Below, piece after piece: positions 45,851 to 64,000 of a stretch of DNA of 64,000 nt. The notes beneath the pieces are model-generated. The model was given only the letters and a program-made list of their open reading frames with translations. It was not told the DNA's origin and did no database searches. How positions within the stretch are numbered: the stretch's first letter is position 1; every line of letters starts with the position of its first letter. Position numbers and translations under genes: made by a program. This DNA is from the human T2T-CHM13v2.0 reference genome, Homo sapiens, in NCBI RefSeq assembly GCF_009914755.1, contig NC_060927.1; one strand, 5' to 3'.

Positions 45851-46387
45851 GCTGCATCATCAATCATGACTAATTCTATGCCAAGTATGTTGTTAGTGAT
45901 CAGTGTTATCTATAAGGACCTTCCATTTTGGAGACAGAGTGCTGAAAACAGTCATGGCCAAATGCCTTGCCTCAGGTCATCTAGAAATCTGTGGCCTGCC
46001 TCAATTACGACTTCTTCTTGCTCACTGTACCCTAGTCAAAACATATAGTCTTCCTCTTGACTGACTTCTGCCAGCAATTAATTTATATCCTCAAGCAAAA
46101 GATCTGATTGCCTTATCTTAGACTGTATAAATGAAAATGCTATTATAAGATTTTCTACAGAAGTATTAAAACTATCTATTCCAGAGAATTAAACTCTGTG
46201 CTATCTTCCGACAGTGAGTTCAGCCAAGTTTTGGGTGATTCAGAACCCAATGGTCATCATATATGTTCCTAGCAGTTCATACCAACACAAGAGATGGATT
46301 TACCATCGCAGGGCAGAGGAGCCTGTCATAAGAGATAGAATCTCCCCAGATATGAACATGTCCCTCTTCTTAATAAAGAGGAAGGCC

Positions 46388-47675
<1,288 letters not shown>

Positions 47676-47679
47676 AGCA

Positions 47680-48069
<390 letters not shown>

Positions 48070-48329
48070 TTAGTTTTTCATCTTTGATAAGAAAAATGAA
48101 ACTAACTTCACAGACTGGTGGTGAGGATTCATCTACACAAATAGCCGAGAATAATACATCATACATAGTAATGCTTGAATGTTTTCTCTCTTCTTATATT
48201 TTTTCTTTGTTTCATAAAGAATTTGAAGTTACTTATAAAAATAATTTCACAAAATGTTACCTATCTTCCTCCTTCCTCTGGTCCAATAAAGACAAATTTT
48301 TGCAGCAAGTTGAACACTGGAGACCTATA

Positions 48330-48850
48330 GGGCTCCAGAAATAAATACTTTTGAAATATCTGGGCTTGCCAATAGAGGACAATTTAGCAATATCTAACAA
48401 CTTACAAATGCAAATGCTGCTTGATCTAGCAATTTCACCTGTGGGAATTTATCCTAGAGATAAATGATTTATGTATAAGCCTATTCATTGCAGCATTAAT
48501 TTTAATAGGAAAAGATTTTTTAAAATCTAAATGTCCATCAGTATAGGATTGGTTATATAAATTATGGTTCATGGTATTCCATATAAGGAAATAATATGCA
48601 GCTTGAAAAAATTCCTGGATATATTTCTAAGTGAGAAAAGCACAGTACAGAATATTATGTATGATATACTACCATTATATGGAAAAGGGGGAGTAAATGA
48701 GTATACATTTATATTTGCTTGTACACATGCATAAAGAAACTCTAGAAAGACACCCCAAAAATGTGTGTTTTCTGGTGGGCAGGGGGAAAACTGGATCCGT
48801 GGGTGACAAGGGTAGAAAGGAGGTTTTTACTCTATTTCACTTTTTGTTAA
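48330..48850 (+). mobile_element. L1ME 3'UTR fragment
   Basis: 'agcaatttcac..tgggaatttatcct', 'aaatgtccatca'. Confidence 0.7.
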
Positions 48851-49709
48851 GCCAATGCAAAAATTGAAGAAAATAGTTGAATTTTTCAAATGTTTAACTT
48901 GGCTTTTATCTAAGTTAAAAATGAGATAAGAAGAGCATGAAGTATGCCATCTTATTCCACATAGCTTCTAATAGACAAATAGAGGTACTGAGTCGTAAAC
49001 TACTAGATTTTTTCCATGTAAAGATCATCATCACATCCTGGAAGCAGAGAGCTATCCATATCTATAACTATTTCCACTATTTCTATTTTGATCACTATTT
49101 GATTTTTCTGATGCTCTTCCAATAAGAGAATAATACAGTAGCTATTCATAGGTCGAACATAGTTTCACCAGTGACTTCTAACATAATGCTAACACATGCC
49201 ACATGCCCTTTCGCTCCTCCTAAGGCAAATGTGTGACCCTTAATTTTGACTATGAATCACATTACTAATTTTTGAAAATATCAAAATCTTACACTTATAA
49301 TCAAACAGAACTCAGAGAACCACAGGGTAAACACTCTACTTACAGAGTTTTATTTAGTGAGTAATTACTTATTTAAACTCTTCTTTTTCCACTTCATGTG
49401 TATCACTCCAGCGAAAGGAAAATTAATTCTTTCTTTTAGAACATTGGAGATGGTCATTCCCTGACTTTTATAAATATACATTCACCAATATGACTTAAAA
49501 ATGTTAAAAACTGACTTATTGATTTCCCAAATCAAATTTGCTACTATCAAAGTATTCCCCCCGGCAGTACATCTCACTACCATTCACCTAGTTGCTCAGG
49601 CCAAAAACCTTGGAGTCAACCTTCATCACAGTCTTTCTCTCACATTCCACATACAATCTGTCAGCAAAATTTGCCAGGTCTTTAATAAAATATTTTTAAA
49701 ATGGTAAGG

Positions 49710-53130
<3,421 letters not shown>

Positions 53131-53317
53131 GCAAATATAGAAAGAGAAAGAGATGACTAGTTTTGTTCACCACTGTATGCGCAAGGGCTACAGCAATACC
53201 TGGAACATGGTAGATACTTTACTTAATTGAATAAATATAAGTTGTGGCCACTCTTATGACTTCAGTTAATCTCTTTGTCTCCTTCTGGCCTTTATATGTA
53301 TCTCCCTCTGACTAGAA

Positions 53318-54267
53318 GAGTGGTTCTCAAAGTCTGCAGACCCCTGGTAGTCCATAAGATCAAAAAGATTTTCATAATACTAAGATATCTGCTTTTTCAC
53401 TGTGCTGACATGGGCACTAATGGTGCAACAGCAGAGGTAGGAAAAGCTATTTGTGCCACAGCATGAATCAAGGCTATGATACCAAGCTGTACTCAAAGTT
53501 GTTGTATTCTTCACTGTCATGTAATTCCAGGGTTTTTTTAAATGCCAGTTTGACTTAAGAATGTCTTTGCCAATTGCAGCTACCAAAGAAAAAGAAAAAT
53601 GAATGTCTTTGCTGAAGGACTATAAATGATTAGTTTTACTAAATCTTGACCCTTGAATACATATCTTCTTAACATTCTGTGTGACAATATGGGAAATACG
53701 TATAAAGTATGTATGTTGTGCAACAACATCCAATGGACGTCCCAGGGTGGGGAGCATTTGTGTGGAGGTTTGAGTTGCAAGATGAACTATGTGCTTTTCT
53801 CATGGAACAAAATAAAGTATGGTTATTTGGACTTGGGTGTTTGGCAGATATTTTGTTAAAACTTTTCTTTAAAGTGAACAAAATTAGCTCTTCAAAACAA
53901 CTGACAGTTTCTGTTGCCAGTGGTAGAATTCAAGTGTTCTAGTACTTGAATTTTTGAAAAATCATATTCACTACTGTGAGCTTAACAATTTCCAGTACTT
54001 AAAAACTCTTCTGATAAGATTGGGGTTAATGTTTATATATGTGATTTTTTTTATTATTCAATGAAATATGTCAACGTTAGGAAGACCTGCAAAAGTCAAA
54101 GATCTACGATTTCCCAAATACTCAATGCACAATGTTGCAAAATTATCTGTAAGTAAAAAAATCCATTCAAAGTGCAAGGCAGATCAATGGATTGTAATTT
54201 AACAGCATACTTAATTAATATGTTTCAGATGCCACAGTGATACAAACCCTTAAAAAACTGCCACTTG
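53318..54267. mobile_element. Charlie1-like hAT transposon, left part
   Basis: agtggttctcaaagt start; 'tttcataatactaaga', 'aaatccattcaaagtgcaag', ends aaactgccacttg. Confidence 0.8.
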
Positions 54268-56103
54268 GGGGTGGAGCCAAGATGGCCGAATAGGAACAGC
54301 TCCAGTCTACAGCTCCCAGCATGAGCAACTCAGAAGATGGGTGACTTCTGCATTTCCAACTGAGGTACCGGGTTCATCTCACTGGGGAGTGCCGGACAGT
54401 AGGTGGAGGACAGTGGGTGCAGCAAACCATGCATGAGCTGAAGCAGGGCGAGGCATCGCCTCACCCAGGAAGCCCAAGGGGTCAGGGAATTCCCTTTCCT
54501 AGTCAAAGAAAGGGGTGACAGACGGCACCTGGAAAATCGGGTCACTCCCACCCTAATACTGCATTTTTGCAACAGGCTTAACAAATGGCACACCAGGAGA
54601 TTATATCCTGTGCCTTGCTCAGAGAGTCCTACACCCACGGAGCCTCGCTCATTAATAGCACAGCAGTCTGAGATCTAACTGCAAGGTGGCAGCGAGGCTG
54701 GAGGAGGGGCGCCTGCCATAGCCGAGGCTTCAGTAGGTAAACAAAGCGGCCGGGAAGCTCAAACTTGGTGGAGCCCACCGCAGCTCAAGGAGGCCTGCCT
54801 GCCTCTGTAGTCTCCACCTCTGGGGGCAGGGCACAGACAAACAAAAGGCAGCAAAAACCTCTGCAGACTTAAATGTCCCTGTCTGACAGCTTTGAAGAGA
54901 GTAGTTGTTCTCCCAGCAGGCAGCTTGAGATCTGAGAACAGGCAGATTGCCTCCTCAAGTGGGTCCCTGACCCCTGAGTAGCCTAACTGGGAGGCACCCC
55001 CAAATAGGGGCTGACTGACACCTCACACGGCCGGGTACTCCTCTGAGACAAAACTTCCAGGGGAATGATCAGGCAGCAGCATTTGCGGTTCACCAATATC
55101 CGCTGTTCTGCAGCCACCGCTGCTGATACCCAGGCAAACAGGGTCTGGAGTGGACGTCCAGCAAACTCCAACAGACCTGCAGCTGAGGGTCCTGACTGTT
55201 AGAAGGAAAACTAACAAACAGAAAGGACACCCACACCAAAAACCCATCTGTACATCACCATCATCAAAGACCAAAGGTAGATAAAACCACAAAGATGGGG
55301 AAAAAACAGAGCAGAAAAATTGGAAACTCTAAAAATCAGAGTGCCTCTCCTCCTCCAAAGGAACGCAGCTCCTCACCAGCAACGGAACAAAGCTGAACGG
55401 AGAATGACTTTGACGAGTTGAGAGAAGAAGGCTTCAGATGATCAAACTACTCCGAGCTAAAGGAGGAAGTTTGAACCCATGGCAAAGAAGTTAAAAACCT
55501 TAAAAAAAATTAGACAAATGGCTAACTAGAATAACCAATGCAGAGAAGTCCTTAAAGGACTTGATGGAGCTGAAAACCATAGCACCAGAACTACGTGACG
55601 AATGCACAAGCCTTAGTAGCTGATGCGATCAACTGGAAGAAAGGGTATCAGCGATGGAAGACGAAATGAATGAAATGAAGTGAGAAGAGACGTTTAGAGA
55701 AAAAAGAATAAAAAGAAATGAACAAAGCCTCCAAGAAATGTGGGACTATGTGAAAAGACCAAATATACGTCTGATTGGTGTACCTGAAAGTGATGGGGAG
55801 AATGGAACCAGGTTGGAAAACACTCTGCAGGATATTATCCAGGAGAACTTCCCCAATCTAGCAAGGCAGGCCAACATTCAAATTCAGGAAATACAGAGAA
55901 CGCCACAAAGATACTCCTAGAGAAGGGCAACTCCAAAACACATAATTGTCAGATTCACCAAAGTTGAAATGAAGGAAAAAATGTTAAGGGCAGCCAGAGA
56001 GAAAGGTTGCATTACCCAAAAAGAGAAGCCCATCAGACTAACAGCTGATCTCTCGGCAGAAACTGTACAAGCCAGAAGAGAGTGGGGGCCAATATTCAAC
56101 ATT

Positions 56104-57608
56104 TTTTTTTTTAATTTTTTTAGTATTTATCGATCATTCTTGGGTGTTTCTCGGAGAGGGGGATTTGGCAGGGTCATAGGACAATAGTGGAGGGAAGGTC
56201 AGCAGATAAACATGTGAACAAAGGTCTCTGGTTTACCTAGGCAGAGGGCCCTGCCGCCTTCCGCAGTGTTTGTGTCCCTGGGTACTTGAGATTAGGGAGT
56301 GGTGATGACTCTTAAGGAGCACGCTGCCTTCAAGCATCTGTTTAACAAAGCACATCTTGCACCGCCTTTAATACATTTAACCCTTAGTGGACACAGCACA
56401 TGTTTCAGAGAGCACAGGGTTGGGGGTAAGGTTATAGATTAACAGCATCCCAAGGCAGAAGAATTTTTCTTGGTACAGAACAAAATGGAGTCTCCTACGT
56501 CTATTTCTTTCTACACAGACACAGTAACAATCTGATCTCTCTTTCTTTTCCCCACATTTCCCCCTTTTCTATTCGACAAAACCACCATCGTCATCATGGC
56601 CCGTTCTCAATGAGCTGTTGGGTACACCTCCCAGACAGGGTGGCAGCCGGGCAGAGGGGCTCCTCACTTCCCAGACGGGGCAGCCAGGCAGAGGCGCCCC
56701 CCACCACCCAGATGGGGCGGCTGGCTGGGCAGGGGCTGCCCCCCACCTCCTGCACTGGGCGGCTGCCAGGCAGAGGGGCTCCTCACTTCCCAGACGGGGC
56801 GGCTGCTGGGCGGAGGGGCTCCTCACTTCTCAGACGGGGCGGCTGGTCAGAGACGCTCCTCACCTCCCAGACGGGGTGGCGGCAGGGCAGAGACACTACT
56901 CAGTTCCCAGATGGGGTCACCGCCGGGCAGAGGCGCTCTTCACATCTCAGACAGTGCGGCGGGGCAGAGGCACTCCCCACATCCCAGACCATGGGCAGCC
57001 GGGCAGAGACGCTCCTCACTTCCTAGATGGGAGGTGAGCGCCTAGAGGCGCTCCTCATTTCCCAGACTGGGCGGCTGGGCAGAAGGGCTCCTCACATCCC
57101 AGAGGATGGGCGGCCAGGCAGAGACTCTCCTCACTTCCTAGACAGGGTGGCAGCCTGGCAGAGGCTGCAATCTCGGCACTTTGGGAGGCCAAGGCAGGCG
57201 GCTGGGAGGTGGAGGTTGTAGCGAGCCGAGATCATGCCACTGCACTTCAGCCTGGGCAACATTGAGCACTGAGTGAGCGAGATTCCATCTGCAATCCCGG
57301 CACCTCGGGAGGCCGAGGCTGGCAGATCACTTGCGGTCAGGAGCTGGAGACCAGCCCGGCCAACATGGCGAAACCCCATCTCCACCAAAAAATATGAAAA
57401 CCAGTCAGGCGTGGTGGCGCGCGCCTGCAATCCCAGGCACTCGGCAGGCTGAGGCAGGAGAATCAGGCAGGGAGGTTGCAGTGAGTCGAGATGTCGGCAG
57501 TACAGTCCAGCCTCGGCTCCGCATCAGAGGGAGACCGTGCAAAGAGGGAGGGGGAAAAGGAGGGGGAGGGGGAGGGGGAGAGCGAGAGGGAGAGGGAGAG
57601 GGAGAGGG
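56104..57608 (-). mobile_element. Full-length SVA, old subfamily (SVA_A/B-like)
   Basis: On + strand: poly-T, SINE-R (~56125-56620), GC-rich VNTR (~56625-57160), Alu-like domain (~57160-57540), (GGGAGA)n hexamer (57545-57608). Confidence 0.95.
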
Positions 57609-58263
57609 CGTCATTCTTTCATGCCTTCTCCAGAGAGTGGCCCCAGGACTTTGCAGCCAGAGGGCTCTTTCTAAAATGCAAATCTCCAGCAGTGAGCCAC
57701 TGCGCTGGAGTAATTCCAGACCTTTGTAATCCCAGCCCTTTGGGAGGCCGAGGCAAGAGGATCACTTGAGGCCAGGAGTTTCAGACCAGCCTGGCCAACA
57801 CGGTGAAACCTCGTCTCTGCTACAAATACAAAAATTAGCCGGGCGTACTGGAGCACATCCATAAGTCCAGCTACTCAGGAGGCTAGGCAGGAGAATCGCT
57901 TGAACCCAGGAGGTGGAGGTTGCAATGAGCAAGACTGCACCACCGCACTTCAGCCTGGGTGACAGAATGAGACTCCATCTCAAAAATAAAAAATAAAGTA
58001 AAAATGCAAATTTCACCAACATCCTAAAGTGGGCTTTCAGTGACTCCTTAAGGTCTCGGGTCCGAGGCCCTTCCCAAGCCTGGACCTCCCAGTCCCCCGA
58101 GCCACCCCCAGCAGCCAGTGTGCCAGATCTGGTCCTATAGAACCAGAAGTGATTTCCTAAACGCATGGTGGCAGCTGGAACCACTGTCCCCCTTCTGCCT
58201 TGACAAGACTCTACATGTCTACACCTTTGTTTCACTTCCTCCCAGAAGCCTTCCTGCAACGTA
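57609..58263 (-). other. SVA 5' transduction (~650 bp: L2-like remnant plus Alu at 57684-58000)
   Basis: Non-L1, non-SVA sequence between the hexamer and the L1 resumption point; enclosed by the aacatt(c/t)tt duplication. Confidence 0.85.
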
Positions 58264-58539
58264 AACATTCTTAAAGAAAAGAATTTTCAACCCAGAATTT
58301 CATATCCAGCCAAACTAAGCTTCATAAGTGAAGGAGAAATAAAATCCTTTACAGACAAGCAAATGCTGAGAGATTTTGTCATCACCAGGCCTGCCCTAAA
58401 AGGGCTCCTGAAGGAAGCACTAAACATGGAAAGGAGCAACCGGTACCAGCCACTGCAAAATCATGCCAAATTGCAAACACCATTGATGCTAGGAAGAAAC
58501 TGCATCAACTAACGAGCAAAATAACCAGCTAATATCATA

Positions 58540-62364
<3,825 letters not shown>

Positions 62365-62594
62365 ACAATGAGAACACATGGACACAGGAAGGGGAACATC
62401 ACACACCGGGGACTGTTGTGGGGTGGGGGGAGGGGGGAGGGATAGCATTAGGAGATATACCTAATGCTAAATGACGAGTTAATGGGTGCAGCACACCAAC
62501 ATGGCACATGTATACATATGTAACTAACCTGCACGTTGTGCACATGTACCGTAAAACTTAAAGTATAATAATAATAAAATAAAATAAAATAAAA

Positions 62595-63215
62595 GAGAAA
62601 AGCATGTTTGTTAAGATAAAACAAAAAAAAAGAAAGAAAGAAAAGAAAGAAAAGAAAAGAAAAGAAAGGAAAAGAAGAGAAAAGAACAGGGCTGGCAAGT
62701 TTTTGCTGCAAAGGGCTAGATAGTACATATTTCTGGTGTTGCAAGTCAAGAAGCAAAATTGAGGCTACTATGTAGGTATTTATAAAACTAGAGAAAAAAT
62801 AAAGATCCACAACATTTTTACTGGTAAAATTCAAAATACAGTAATAATTGGAACTCAGAGAGAGAGTAGAAGGGTGATTGCCAGGGGCTAGGAGTGGGGG
62901 AATGCTGAGATGTTGATCAAAGGGTACAAACTTTTGCTTATAAGATGAGTAATTTCTGGGATTCTAGAGTACAGGATGTACTCTAGTTAATAGTTAATAG
63001 TACTGTATTGTAAACCTGAAATTTGCTGAGAATAGATCTCTAGTGTCACCACCACACACACAAAAAAATAGTTACTATGTGAGGTGATGGACATGTTAAT
63101 TCGACTGTGGTAATCATTTCACAATGCATACCAAATCGTCATGTTGTATGTCTTCAATATATACAATTTTCATTTGTAAATTGTGCCTCAATAACGCCAG
63201 AAAAAAGTATTATTT
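62595..63215 (+). other. L1 3' transduction: ~22 bp unique, second A-rich tail, MER58C-like fragment (62687-62850), L1MA/MB 3' end (62851-63206)
   Basis: Lies between the L1 tail and the 3' TSD copy at 63216-63233. Confidence 0.85.
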
Positions 63216-63233
63216 TTAAAAAACTGCCACTTG

Positions 63234-63645
63234 TCCAGTTCTGATATAATATCAGAAAAGAATTTCCACAATTATCTGAAGAGGCCTTTATTTTCAACTA
63301 TGTATATCTGTGAGGCTAGATTTTCTTATATTTCCACAAAAACAATGTATCATAATAAATTGAATGTAGAAGCAGATAGCAGAATTCAGTTGTCTTTTAT
63401 CAAGCCTAGACATTAAAGAGATTTGCAAAAATATAAAGTAATACCACTCTTTTCATTATGTACTTGTTTTATAAAATATAATTATTTTCACAAAAGTATT
63501 ATTTATGTTAACATGCAACAGGTTTGTTGTTTTATTTTAAAATGTAATAATAAATATTTTTTACTTTTTCAATTTTACTTTTGAAATCAGCAAATACAGA
63601 TAGATATAACTCAATAAGCAAAAAATCTTTGGGGTCCTCAATTAC
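63234..63645. mobile_element. Charlie1-like hAT transposon, right part
   Basis: Continues the left part: 'ccacaattatctgaa', 'tgaatgtagaagcagata', 'cattaaagagatttgcaaaaat', 'tttggggtcctcaat'. Confidence 0.8.
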
Positions 63646-63647
63646 TT

Positions 63648-64000
63648 TTTTAAAAATTGTCATAAAACACACGTAACATAAAATTTACTCTTTTAACCAT
63701 TTTTAGGTGTACAGTTCAACGGCATTAAGTCCATTTGCAGTGTTTTGCAACCATCACCACTATCCACTTCCAGAACTTTTAAATCATCTCAAGCTGAAGC
63801 TCTATACCCATTAAGCAGTAACTCCCCATTTCTCCCTCCTTCCAGCCTCTGGTAACCTCTATTCTACTTTCTGTCTCTACCCATTTTACTCAAATAAGTG
63901 AAATCATACAATATTTATTGTGCCTCATATGAGGTACAATATAAATGTCCTCATATAAGTGGAATCATACAATATTTGTCCTTTTGTGTCTGAGTTATTT
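63648..64000 (-). mobile_element. L1MB 3' end
   Basis: 'ataaaatttac..ttttaaccattttt..gtgtacagttca..ggcattaagt', 'ccatcaccactatcca'. Confidence 0.85.

Larger units (their letters stand above)
55295..58476 (+). pseudogene. L1 ORF1 (premature stops; split by the insertion at ~56104-58263)
   Basis: MGKKQSRK start; MWDYVKRPN...; REWGPIFNI resumes as ILKEKNFQ after the insertion. Confidence 0.92.

Noticed and set aside
55040-55168. Extra ~130 bp in the L1 5'UTR compared with L1HS
   Set aside because: This is the known ancestral segment (ZNF93-bound region) expected in L1PA4/5, so not novel; it is used only for dating.
56625-57160. Repeat array resembling CRISPR
   Set aside because: Degenerate tandem VNTR units without unique spacers, in a eukaryotic context.
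56569-57769. Overlapping 85-139 aa ORFs and locally high GC/CpG as a gene or CpG-island promoter
   Set aside because: They are fully explained by the stop-poor SVA VNTR and Alu-like domain.
56104-58263. Gibbon LAVA element
   Set aside because: The 3' domain is HERV-K-derived SINE-R, and the extra Alu lies 5' of the hexamer, not 3' of the VNTR.

Overview
Primate genomic DNA, most likely hominoid/great ape because it contains an SVA. It is intergenic or deep-intronic and dominated by transposable elements (Alu, L1PA/L1M, L2, MIR, MaLR/ERV LTRs, hAT and Tigger DNA transposons). No host protein-coding gene can be recognised: nearly all ORF-track entries are repeat-derived or random, and the only real protein homologies are disrupted L1 ORF1/ORF2 and an antisense L1 ORF0. 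The main structure is a ~9 kb compound retrotransposition event at 54268-63233 inside a Charlie1 transposon. It is a full-length L1PA4-like element whose 3' target-site duplication lies ~630 bp beyond its own A-tail. That implies a 3' transduction, probably in two serial steps. An antisense SVA later inserted into its ORF1, carrying a ~650 bp 5' transduction (L2 remnant plus an Alu with a rearranged head). A second L1PA5-like copy (27189-31037) has three internal deletions with repair scars and an intact ORF0. It also shares apparently private variants with the first L1, suggesting ectopic gene conversion. Other signals are a perfect 70 bp spacer-less palindrome around (AT)21, strong CTCF and RFX X-box motifs, and two candidate micro-exons. 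Subfamily names come from remembered consensus sequences, not from a database search, and boundaries of old repeats are approximate.
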